64,000 nucleotides of DNA from a virus. Its lineage: Duplodnaviria > Caudoviricetes. The DNA is taken from IMG/VR virus record IMGVR_UViG_3300037461_000547, positions 1 through 64,000 of that record, one strand, 5' to 3'. The position numbers and the translations under genes were made by a program. Each line of letters opens with the position of its first letter. Positions within the stretch are counted from its first letter, which is position 1. The notes beneath the pieces are model-generated. The model did not search any database, was not told the DNA's origin, and was given only the letters and a program-made list of their open reading frames with translations. This document shows positions 18,010 to 27,148 of the stretch, in pieces.

Positions 18010-19284
18010 ATGGCTAAAGCTAAATCGATCTTTGAGTCAATGACGCAAGAAGATATGCAGAAGCTGATCGATGCGTCAGAAGTGACGCCTGCGGGTCAGA
18101 TTATGTATCAAGACGGTTTCATTGACCCTGAAGCCGAGGGCAAAGACCTTAAGTACGACTGGGACGCACAACCCAGAGAAACGACAGATGGAAGAGGGTT
18201 GGTCGATTCTATTCTTCGTTTAGGATTGATTGAACCTCCAACACTGGCGTTGTACGGTGGTGATGACGTCCCAGAAGTAGTTCGTGGACATCGTAGAATC
18301 GACGCCACGAAAATCAGTAAGACAGAACACCCAGAAGATTACAAGCGTATTTTCCCCAACGGTGTTCCTGTCAAGATTGCCGTCGGTAAAGTGGTCAATG
18401 GTAATCGGGTGGATTTAACGCACAAAGACATCTTTCTTCTGCGTGCGGACCACGATTTGGACTCTCTCAAAGAATCCTTACATTCAAAGATTGAGTGCTA
18501 CAAAATGGTATCCCCGCTGTTTCGCGCTGGGTTCACTTATGCAGAAGTAATTGAGAATACGTGGCGCACTGTGTCGCGTATCTTAAGCACAAAGTATAAT
18601 GAACTCAAAGATGAAATCGCAAAGACTCCTGCACGTAGCGTTCAACTTCAAATACTGGAAAGAAGCCAACATGGGAATTACCAGTTTTTGAAGGCTTTGA
18701 GTGATTCACCGAATCTCCTTGTAGAAGCATGGATGAACGGTGAACGGAACAAAGGTCCTAAATTCACACAAGCACAGATCAAAGGTCTGGCTTCAAAGTT
18801 CAAAAGTCTTCAGGCGGATGCGGGCAAAACTGCCGGTGCAGACGCATTAACTCAAGAAAATCCTGGCGATGCTTGGATTAAAGAGTTCAATGATGTCTTC
18901 ACAGAAATCAGTGTGCCTAAAGAAGCCAAAGAAGCCGGTCCAAAAATGGCAAAACGTGGCAAGATTGAAGAAATGCTCATTGCTGTTTCTTCAAAGACTG
19001 CACGCTTGGCTTTCCAATCTGTTCTCGGTGTGGAGAACGCAGAGAAACTGTTGAAAAACACCTATGACAAAGATGTCGCTGTGTTTGAATCAATCCGTGA
19101 ATCTGTCCCCAGCTTCGTAGAATTCGTGCTGATCAATGCGCCCCTAATGGAGCAAGACATTACCAAATCCGATGTTAAGAAATTGACAGAAGTGCTTGGT
19201 CTTGAATCTGCTCACAGTAAAGCGGCCCAAGCTGCTGCGAAGGGTGGCCGTTCAGCGAAACAAGAAACCGCAAAAGCAAAGTAA
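18010..19284 (+). CDS. ParB/Srx-like N-terminal domain protein
   Basis: LVDSILRLGLIEPP...VVRGHRRIDA ParB-like motif; 424 aa. Confidence 0.7.
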   Translation: MAKAKSIFESMTQEDMQKLIDASEVTPAGQIMYQDGFIDPEAEGKDLKYDWDAQPRETTDGRGLVDSILRLGLIEPPTLALYGGDDVPEVVRGHRRIDATKISKTEHPEDYKRIFPNGVPVKIAVGKVVNGNRVDLTHKDIFLLRADHDLDSLKESLHSKIECYKMVSPLFRAGFTYAEVIENTWRTVSRILSTKYNELKDEIAKTPARSVQLQILERSQHGNYQFLKALSDSPNLLVEAWMNGERNKGPKFTQAQIKGLASKFKSLQADAGKTAGADALTQENPGDAWIKEFNDVFTEISVPKEAKEAGPKMAKRGKIEEMLIAVSSKTARLAFQSVLGVENAEKLLKNTYDKDVAVFESIRESVPSFVEFVLINAPLMEQDITKSDVKKLTEVLGLESAHSKAAQAAAKGGRSAKQETAKAK

Positions 19285-19352
19285 ACGTGCTTAAATAGAA
19301 CACCCTGCGGGTCTTCCAATGGCGGCAGACGCAGACTATATGGGAGGCCAAA

Positions 19353-19544
19353 ATGCGTAAAGTCATAGAAACTTTGCTTCGGATTCTTCGAATCCATAAG
19401 AAGCAATATATCACCTATCAAAGACGTGCCGTTGACCCGTTGGAGTCAATGGTGAAAATGTATAAAAGGCAACCTTCAATTCGAGTACTGTTTCTATTAA
19501 GAAACACAACCAATGGATTACCAAAGTTGAAACTGAAACGGTAA
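19353..19544 (+). CDS. Small hypothetical basic protein
   Basis: SD GGAGG 5 nt before ATG; 63 aa. Confidence 0.5.
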   Translation: MRKVIETLLRILRIHKKQYITYQRRAVDPLESMVKMYKRQPSIRVLFLLRNTTNGLPKLKLKR

Positions 19545-19592
19545 AGAAGTAGACATAGTCTGCCGCTTAATGGCGACAGGAATCATCTATTA

Positions 19593-19704
19593 GGGGCGCA
19601 ATTGTGTGGCGATGAGGATACATCGTTAAAACACACAATGGGTTCAGAAAATACCCTTCCCAACGGATAAAAATTCGAGAACACGAATCCACGTGTTCCG
19701 CCCC
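19593..19704 (+). ncRNA. Unidentified multi-branched structured RNA
   Basis: Closing stem GGGGCG/CGCCCC; arms ATTGTGTG/CACACAAT, CGATG/CATCG, GGGT/ACCC, GAACACG/CGTGTTC. Confidence 0.55.
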
Positions 19705-19712
19705 GTCTATAC

Positions 19713-19929
19713 GCCCCCATAGCTCAATTGGTAGAGCGTCGAGTGTAGAAGCACAGGGAGATAATGCCGTGCCAATCGTAAGATTTGACGAATCTCTACG
19801 AAAAGGTTGTGGTCAATATGGGTTTGCTGCCCAGACCATCACGGAGAAATAATGCCCTGCTACCTTGAAGGCGTGCCCTGTAGGTTCGTCACTACGCTGG
19901 GCCTGTGGGTTCGAGTCCCACTGGGGGTA
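19713..19929 (+). ncRNA. tRNA-like RNA with a ~140 nt structured domain replacing the anticodon loop
   Basis: Acceptor GCCCCCA/TGGGGGT-A, D arm GCTC-AATTGGTA-GAGC, T arm GTGGG-TTCGAGT-CCCAC; no CCA; no canonical anticodon arm. Confidence 0.75.
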
Positions 19930-19962
19930 TTTGGTGACAGGACGACAGGAAGGACGGTCACT

Positions 19963-20232
19963 ATGGCAGAAACAGCACCTAAATCTTCGAAAGAAGTGAT
20001 GCGTGAAATCGCGGAGAAAAATACTATCCCAGAAGGATATTCTCTCGAACAAGAAATACACATATCGCTCGACGATACTTTGATTTCAGAGGTGGCGTGC
20101 CAACTCCTACGGTATAGAGTTCGCGCCATTCGTTTAGATGGCGAGTGGGAGTTACCAGAATGGGTGTATAAATCCGCAGAGGATATTGTTGATTCATACA
20201 TCCATGAACACTTTATCCATCGTAAAAGATAA
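19963..20232 (+). CDS. Hypothetical protein
   Basis: ATG at 19963 with SD AGGAAGGA; the longer track ORF overlaps the ncRNA. Confidence 0.6.
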   Translation: MAETAPKSSKEVMREIAEKNTIPEGYSLEQEIHISLDDTLISEVACQLLRYRVRAIRLDGEWELPEWVYKSAEDIVDSYIHEHFIHRKR

Positions 20233-20315
20233 CCCTTAAGATGTCGTCAATCCTGTCACCCAATGACGGTAGGACGATAGAAAGTGAGGTGCATATGAAT
20301 AGAGATAATCACTAA

Positions 20316-20849
20316 ATGTACGAAACCCTTGTATATCAAACCGTAGAAGGGGTGATTACAAGAATCGCGATTGTCAATTACAGTAGTGAAGTGTTCGGGT
20401 CATTGTTTGTGAATCCTGAATTTAAGAATAAGGATTGGCGCTCTCGCAAAATAGAGATTGTCGCAAATGATGCGTATTACTCTCCTTGTTGGATGTACCT
20501 TGATTTGGTTGCGGCACTTTCCAGACAATATGGAAATGCCGTCCCATGGGGCACAGCCGATGTACTACATCGCGTTGTCCCACACGTGAGTAAAGCATAC
20601 ATAGAAAATTACACACATCTTATGTTGCTTGACTACCGGACAGAGATTGATCGCGTCCATCATCTGGACTTGGTAGCGAACAAACAAATCAAGACCGTCT
20701 ATGAACGCGACATAACATGCCGGAACATTCACTTGTCAAAGATAATTACGATTCAACCAATCACAGACTACGAGAATGAACACGTCTATGAAATCGCACA
20801 ACAGACGTTAGAGAAAAACATGTACCCTGTAAAAGTCGTCCTGCAATAA
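20316..20849 (+). CDS. Hypothetical protein
   Basis: 177 aa ORF, last gene of the plus-strand early unit. Confidence 0.65.
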   Translation: MYETLVYQTVEGVITRIAIVNYSSEVFGSLFVNPEFKNKDWRSRKIEIVANDAYYSPCWMYLDLVAALSRQYGNAVPWGTADVLHRVVPHVSKAYIENYTHLMLLDYRTEIDRVHHLDLVANKQIKTVYERDITCRNIHLSKIITIQPITDYENEHVYEIAQQTLEKNMYPVKVVLQ

Positions 20850-20851
20850 CC

Positions 20852-20892
20852 AAACGCCCGTATCTCGTTATGAGGTACGGGCGTTTTTTTAT
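20852..20892 (+). terminator. Rho-independent terminator
   Basis: AAACGCCCGTATCTC / GAGGTACGGGCGTTT stem followed by T7, just after the 20849 stop. Confidence 0.85.
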
Positions 20893-20934
20893 TGATTCAA
20901 CGCATCGTTAGTGTGATTTTCAAAAATCAGAATA

Positions 20935-21124
20935 TGATTGCACAATCATAACCCGATTACTGTTATTGTATTCTTTTTATAAAAAAAAAAAAAAAAAAAA
21001 AAAAATAATATAAAGAATAGGAACTACCCCTAATCGGTCATTTTCAGTAATGTGAAAATTATCACAACACACCCACCGCCCGCTGCCCATCACAACACGC
21101 CCATCACAACACACCCACCGCCCG
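20935..21124. other. Non-coding element: palindromes, A25 tract and 22 bp direct repeats
   Basis: TGATTGCACAATCA at 20935-20948; A25 at 20981-21005; ATCACAACACACCCACCGCCCG at 21061-21082 and 21103-21124. Confidence 0.8.
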
Positions 21125-21285
21125 TAGAACGGTTAAGCAACGGTTGCTTTGCCCTTCAGAGCTTGAAACACCACACCACCCACCAAAACTACCAATAAAA
21201 AAAGGTCGCTTCCTATCTCAAGGAGAGCGACCTACAACCACGATGCTACAATCAGATTGCACAATCATAATCGCATCTGGCACAA

Positions 21286-21714
21286 TCACATCTGAGAAAC
21301 AATCCCACCACTCGCACCCCGACACGTTGCTACGGGATGTGCGCAATCCACTTTCTCCAATACTGGGGTATGGACCGGTACTATTACGATTTGTGCAATC
21401 GGTTCACCTTTAGCAATATAAATCGCTTGGTCCATAATATTGAATATTTTCACCAGAATCTCACCTTGATAGTCCGCGTCAATCACGCCTGCACCGATTA
21501 AGAAGTTTGATTTACTTTTCGGCCAGACGAAGGCCACTGTACCTTTTTCCCAAGCACACTTCACACCTGTCCGCACAATCTGGTAATTATGCGGATACAC
21601 AATCGTATCATGTAAAGCACAGACGTCGAATCCGGCGTCCGTAGGATGCTTACGTTTAGGGTCAGTTGCGAACTCTTCCACTTGGTACTTACAAACTTTC
21701 TTCCTTTTCCACAT
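21286..21714 (-). CDS. dut: Trimeric dUTPase
   Basis: DAGFDV motif 1, GVIDADYQGEI motif 3, IAQIV motif 4, RGASGG motif 5. Confidence 0.85.
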   Translation of the reverse strand: MWKRKKVCKYQVEEFATDPKRKHPTDAGFDVCALHDTIVYPHNYQIVRTGVKCAWEKGTVAFVWPKSKSNFLIGAGVIDADYQGEILVKIFNIMDQAIYIAKGEPIAQIVIVPVHTPVLEKVDCAHPVATCRGASGGIVSQM

Positions 21715-22704
21715 ACCTTTACCTTTCCACCGCCCAACATCGGACGTCGAAACGTTGTCCTTTTCGGATTCGCTCAATCTTAAACACACGTTTAATAATT
21801 GAGTAACAAAGAGCTATCGTGTCTTCACCGTCTGCTACGAGAATAAATACTTCAGATTTTTTGACAACTTTATAACGACCCTTTGGATTCATTGTAATCT
21901 CGGCACGGAATTTACAATGGCCTCTCGGAAGACCAAACATTTCAACGCGCCAATAGCTTGTGATAAATTGTCGCCTGTAAAAAATAGTGTAATTAATTTT
22001 TGTGAATGTCCGTATCATTGTTCTTTCCTTTCAACACCTGCTATTTCTTCGAGAAATAGCACTTGTTTTTTCAAGTGCGCAATCTCATCCCGTAGTTTGT
22101 CTTCGACAGGGGCGGGTGTTAATAACCTCCATGATTTCCCCAATCGTATACTCGTCTGAATCAAACATAAGCATAAAATTACAGTCATTGTTTGTGCATT
22201 CAACATTGTTCGTAGAGAAATATGGCTTCTGATTAACAGGCCCCATTGATGTTGCATTTTTAACTAATTTTAATTCACTTCCGCAAATGGACATGGCTTC
22301 ATTTTAGAACCCTTTTATTTCTACCATTTCGATGCCTTCAATCTTTTCGGATTGAAATACGGTGGATACTTCATTAGCATCACAGTGGGAGATAACACCG
22401 AATATTTCGATTGTCCTGCTATCTGACTTAAAATCAGTAATTGCCTTTTGAGCGACTTCCTCATTACAAATATACTGATATGTAGAAGTCGTAAAAACAA
22501 CAAGTTTCACTCGTTTCATTTTTCAGTCTCCTTTCAAAAAGGTGCGGCGGGCAGTTGGTCTGCAACTCTTTCGTTTTCGTCCGGTTCTTACTGCCGGATT
22601 CCGTTATCGTTTCGCCAACGCCTACGGACAGGGTGAGTCTGGCCACCACGCCACCGCCGCATTATTCAGTTTTCAATTCCAGAACAAACTTAAACAAGGT
22701 TCAC

Positions 22705-22860
22705 TCAACACATCTCCTTTGGCTTGTACCCTTCTTTCAGGCGGTCAATCTCGGCGTCTTTGCAATCGCACAGCATAATAATTTTATGTTCATCGCATAG
22801 TTTATGAATCTCAACCCCTACCTGCTTTTTACATTTAGCGCATTCAACAATTATCCTCAT
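22705..22860 (-). CDS. Small Cys-rich protein with KDAEI module
   Basis: MRIIVECAKCKK...CDCKDAEIDRLKEG (51 aa, below the ORF-track cutoff). Confidence 0.5.
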   Translation of the reverse strand: MRIIVECAKCKKQVGVEIHKLCDEHKIIMLCDCKDAEIDRLKEGYKPKEMC

Positions 22861-23135
22861 TTTTCACCGCCTTTCAGGGCTTGTTCGATTAAACTTACTA
22901 TGACATCTCCATCGTGTTTTAACATATCAAATACATATTTCTGCGAAATCCCAAACAGCAATTTTTTCAGCCGCTCAATCTCGGCGTCTTTGGCAGCCAG
23001 TTCTGTCAATAACCGCTTAAACTCAAGTTCGTCGGCTTTGTCTTGGAGTGGATGTCTTTTGCCCATCGGCGCGTTCATCCATTCGTCGTCCTCATCGGTT
23101 GTTTCAAATTTCGATTCATGCCAATCTTTACTCAT
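22857..23135 (-). CDS. Small hypothetical protein with KDAEI coiled coil
   Basis: LAAKDAEIERLK; strong repeated RBS. Confidence 0.65.
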   Translation of the reverse strand: MSKDWHESKFETTDEDDEWMNAPMGKRHPLQDKADELEFKRLLTELAAKDAEIERLKKLLFGISQKYVFDMLKHDGDVIVSLIEQALKGGEK

Positions 23136-23138
23136 TTT

Positions 23139-23465
23139 TCAGTCTCCTTTCAAAACTTGCTCTATAAGCCCAAGATGAGAGCTTATCGACCACGCAGGGT
23201 CATCGATTCGAGTATGCAATAACCTCAAGACATCTTTCATCTGGTCAATCACTGAATTTAAGTCGGCTATCTCGATACAGTGGTCTGCAATCTGATGCTG
23301 CCATTCCAAATTCTCGGTTTTCAATGTTGCAATCTCGGCGTCTTTGGCGGCACAGTTTGGACATTGGATATTCGGAATCAGCACCCCTTCTATTCTCTTG
23401 CAGGGACAGTTATATTCGTGATTTCCTGCCGTGTCCATCTGGCAATAACAACACTGGGTAATCAT
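23139..23465 (-). CDS. Small Cys-rich protein with KDAEI coiled coil
   Basis: CCYC...H..NCPC and CPNCAAKDAEIATLK. Confidence 0.65.
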   Translation of the reverse strand: MITQCCYCQMDTAGNHEYNCPCKRIEGVLIPNIQCPNCAAKDAEIATLKTENLEWQHQIADHCIEIADLNSVIDQMKDVLRLLHTRIDDPAWSISSHLGLIEQVLKGD

Positions 23466-23803
23466 TGTTCAGTCTCCTTTCCTGTTCCATTACAGTCTGG
23501 ACATTTAATAAAATGCCATCCATCACACTTTTCGAAAGCTGATTTCCAGTACCTTGTAAAAAGCCTTTTTAATCTCCATCGGATTGACCGACAGGTTTTA
23601 TTATGTTCTTTTAACCATTCGGCATTTTCATAGTCAGTATTATGCTCATCACTTATTGTCAAATTATTACCTGTTGGCTGTTTCAAATGATGTATGACAG
23701 GGTAAAACCCTACGCCATCACAGTGTCCCTTGCACATCGTTTCTGGATTCGGATAAGGTATCCCTAATGCTTCGTATCGGTCTGTAAATTCGTATTCACT
23801 CAT
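23462..23803 (-). CDS. Zinc-finger hypothetical protein
   Basis: CKGHCDG and CPDCNGTG motifs. Confidence 0.6.
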   Translation of the reverse strand: MSEYEFTDRYEALGIPYPNPETMCKGHCDGVGFYPVIHHLKQPTGNNLTISDEHNTDYENAEWLKEHNKTCRSIRWRLKRLFTRYWKSAFEKCDGWHFIKCPDCNGTGKETEQ

Positions 23804-24943
23804 TTTTCATTCTCCTTTATTCCGTATGTTTTATGAATTTCATCAAGCGGAGAAATTTCGATTATCCCCTGCCGCAACACGTTCGGCAGACTTCGGCTGC
23901 CGTTGATGTAGTCGATTCCGGTGCGGTGTAAAATCCGTAAGGGACTAATCCTTTGCCCTCACAGACCGGACATTTTTGGTACATTTTTCAGTCTCCTTTC
24001 AGCCCGTGCCATTTTGTCACGGGCTTAAAATTAGGCGGCGGGCATTCATCAAAATCTTGGTTTGACCTCAGTACGGCTTATTAGGACTTAAACCAAGTAA
24101 CCTCTTGTCCTGTATGTCCGTCGTTTTGGTCTGGTAGATGTTTGTCACCGCCGCCCAAATCAATTACGTTTACATTTACATTCGAGAGGGTGTTTCCCAC
24201 ATTTAGGACAAACCATTTTATTCTCCTTAAAATTAGGCAGCGGGCAGGATAAAACTGGCAATATTTCCTGAGCAATCTTTACAAAGACCTTTGGGGAGCA
24301 AGACTCAACCTACTCAATCAGTTCCAGTTTTGGCTGCTTCATATAAGCCACCGCCGCACGATTCTAATAATATTTACCCCAATTCCCGAACCTCTTAACA
24401 TATTCCTCTTTACATGTCTGCGCTGCCACTTCATTACCGTCGACAAACTGGGCCATGTAACATGCCATTAAAAAATCTGCCTCCACATGCTTACCAATTC
24501 TATCCAATGTAATGATGTCATCATACATATCACTATCATTTGCCATGTGTCCCTCTCAATTGTTTATATTCAAAATCAGATTCACAAGGACTGGGAACTG
24601 CAAACTGGATAGGGACGACAACCTGACCGTCACAGTGTTTATGATTTCTTAAATCATTGACAGTATCACGTGTCGACGCAAGCAGTTGCGATATTCTAAA
24701 CACTTTGTCTGCTAACCTTTCGATCTTTTCATCACGCTTAAGTTCATCCCAATACTTTGCTCTTTTATTGGATTCCATGTTCATGATGTGTCCTTTCTAA
24801 ACTTAATTTCGATTTAGCCAATCTAAGTTCTGCTGTAAGATATTCAATATACTTTGATCGGCTCTCAATACGTTCTTGTTTTTGTTCAAACGTTAAATCT
24901 TCCCAACCTCGAAACAAGTCATCACACATTTTGCACCGTCCTT

Positions 24944-25906
24944 TCAATTTTCACGTGTCATTTCACTGAATATACGACCTTCTTCCGACCCCAAATCCCG
25001 TATATAGTTTTCCGCAAGTCGAGTAAGACGTGCCAACTCATCGGAATCCCAGTACAAAGTTGGGTCTTTACAAATGTTCCACAGTGTCACATACGCACTA
25101 AACAATTTCTTTTGATAATCCGCCCCAATATACGCACAATGTTGTGCCACACGTAGCTGACTATTACGACAAACGATTTGGTGAATCATGGCAGGATGTT
25201 TCTGTCCTACGGGAATCCCGCATATCCACCCGTATGGCGCTAATTGGGCAGCCCAATCAGGATAGAGGTCTTCAAAAGACTCACTAACATTAACGGACAA
25301 CCCATTTTCATTGACAACATAAGCGTCCTTATGCCACATGTTGGCGCCCTTCGAAGGCTTCCCAACCCAGCCATCCCGAATCTTGACGTACCCTCTCGCG
25401 GGACTCACACCTGAAAGACTGTAAAATCCATTGACCTTCCAGTCTAACATAACTTCACCCCCACTCACCTTAAACTTAAGGTCAGGTCTTCCATGGATAA
25501 TGACAGAGTTTTGGGGGTCATCGCATGTAGTACATTGTAACGTACGCTCCGTTGCGAGTTCCAGATTCACGTCATCCGCCTGTTGTAACAAAGTTATGAC
25601 GTCACTAAGCGCGCCGGAAGTTTTATATGCTTCAAATACCACACGCCCGTCTTCTTTGGCTTTAGCTCGATTCTGTTCCTCCACCTGTTTTTCGAAGAGT
25701 TCGTCGAAGGATACGGATGTAATCCCTAATATCGATGCGATGTGTGTTTTAACATAAGCATCGAACGCTGAACCGACAGCCATAGGTATTGTCTGTGGTG
25801 GACGTGGCGGTCTATTATCCGCTAAATAACGAATAAAGAATTCTGTTTTATCTTCTTTCTGCCAACAGCTCATCGCTGTCGGTGACAAATAATTGGGGAT
25901 ACGCAT
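24944..25906 (-). CDS. PD-(D/E)XK exonuclease (RecB/Cas4-like)
   Basis: LSPTAMSCW, AVGSAFD, GRPDL...LDWK motifs. Confidence 0.75.
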   Translation of the reverse strand: MRIPNYLSPTAMSCWQKEDKTEFFIRYLADNRPPRPPQTIPMAVGSAFDAYVKTHIASILGITSVSFDELFEKQVEEQNRAKAKEDGRVVFEAYKTSGALSDVITLLQQADDVNLELATERTLQCTTCDDPQNSVIIHGRPDLKFKVSGGEVMLDWKVNGFYSLSGVSPARGYVKIRDGWVGKPSKGANMWHKDAYVVNENGLSVNVSESFEDLYPDWAAQLAPYGWICGIPVGQKHPAMIHQIVCRNSQLRVAQHCAYIGADYQKKLFSAYVTLWNICKDPTLYWDSDELARLTRLAENYIRDLGSEEGRIFSEMTREN

Positions 25907-26776
25907 TATTTTATCCTATCCTTTCCATATATATACGTTCATGAGTTCATACCCATGTTCCATAACACTATCAAGCCAAACACGGGGATTCAAGAAATCC
26001 TCAAACGAAACATTTACACATCTTATATGTTTTACACCGTTCCAAAACTTAAATACCTCTACCGTAATCCCCCTTAGAGTGGGGCAGAAACGTATTTCTA
26101 CCCCACCCCGTAGGAGTTTGTCAAGTACCAAATGTACGTCGAGAGCCATGGTTATCTGTCCTTTCATCCATAAGATGGACGAGTTCTCGTAATTCATCAA
26201 GCGTTACAATGTCCCAAAACTCCATCTCCCAAATCCCACGTCCGAGATCGTGTAAGAGACCTACACGACCCCGAACGTCGGCGACTTCTAAAATCTTTGG
26301 GGTTTCGGTATCAAGGAGACGTACAATTTTTCTCGAATTTTTGTTCCTTGAGTTCATGCTTTACCTCACTAACTACTGCTTCAAGCAGTTCAAGACTTGT
26401 AGCACGTAACAAGGAGAGTAATCCATCACCGTCCTTAGCACGTAGAGATGCTTCGCTGTATCCATTGGACACCAATAGATTTATTGAATCTGAGCAAAGT
26501 ACCTTCACTAAGTCGATTGCGTTTACCAGTTCTTTTAATTGTTGATGCAAACGAACTGTGTTCGTTGCAACTATATACAACTTCTCATTACTGTCCATAA
26601 ATCCTCCATACTATTTTATTTAACACAAAAGGGACGGACAAGAATTTCCACGTTCTCATGAAATACCATAGAACCTAAAGACATTATCCCTTTCTTTTCT
26701 GCCTGTGAAGCGTTGTCCGCAAGCACAGTTCCTTGTTGCAATATATGTTGTTCATTTAGATCGCCATAATCTACTG

Positions 26777-27148
26777 CTACCCATTCATACACTTTTTTCT
26801 TTTCCATTTGTTTTCCTTTCCAAATAATAAAGACCCCAATAACACCCACAACGTTGTGGGTTCTGGGACTATTTTTCCTTGATATTTGTCATTAACATAG
26901 AATGAAACGGAATCTCCGGTATTGATGTACAGAATCCTACTATCGGTACCTTCGAAGTTGGGTAAGTTGTATGTTGTGCCACACCATAGGATTCTGATGT
27001 CTTCAATATTGGGCGGTGGTACTGATATTCCCAACCAATATGGTATTGTTGTTTGATACACGGGCTGATTTATTAAATCAACACGACGCCCATCTGTCGT
27101 GGGATACGCTGTCAATATTATTATAGTGAGGAGATGTATAATATTCAT
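26777..27148 (-). CDS. PEP-CTERM domain protein
   Basis: Hydrophobic N-terminus MNIIHLLTIIILTA; C-terminal VPEPTTLWVLLGSLLFG followed by basic KWKRKK. Confidence 0.7.
   Translation of the reverse strand: MNIIHLLTIIILTAYPTTDGRRVDLINQPVYQTTIPYWLGISVPPPNIEDIRILWCGTTYNLPNFEGTDSRILYINTGDSVSFYVNDKYQGKIVPEPTTLWVLLGSLLFGKENKWKRKKCMNG

Larger units (their letters stand above)
22517..24001 (-). repeat. Repeated translation-initiation module GAAAGGAGACTGAAAAATG
   Basis: Plus-strand CATTTTTCAGTCTCCTTTC at 22517, 23133, 23982; variants at 23463 and 23801. Confidence 0.9.

Noticed and set aside
17959-19704. Hammerhead ribozymes in the early-region hairpins
   Set aside because: GAAA elements are present but no CUGANGA core in the required position.
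19713-19929. Standard tmRNA (ssrA) or ordinary tRNA call
   Set aside because: No G3-U70 pair, a full D stem, too short, no tag ending in a stop right after AA, and no canonical anticodon stem-loop; reported as an unassigned tRNA mimic instead.
19807-19962. Upstream extension of ORF 19807..20232
   Set aside because: It overlaps the tRNA-like RNA; the ATG at 19963 has the RBS.
24944-25906. Cas4 of a CRISPR system
   Set aside because: No four-cysteine Fe-S motif pattern, no array and no other cas genes; a stand-alone phage exonuclease is more likely.
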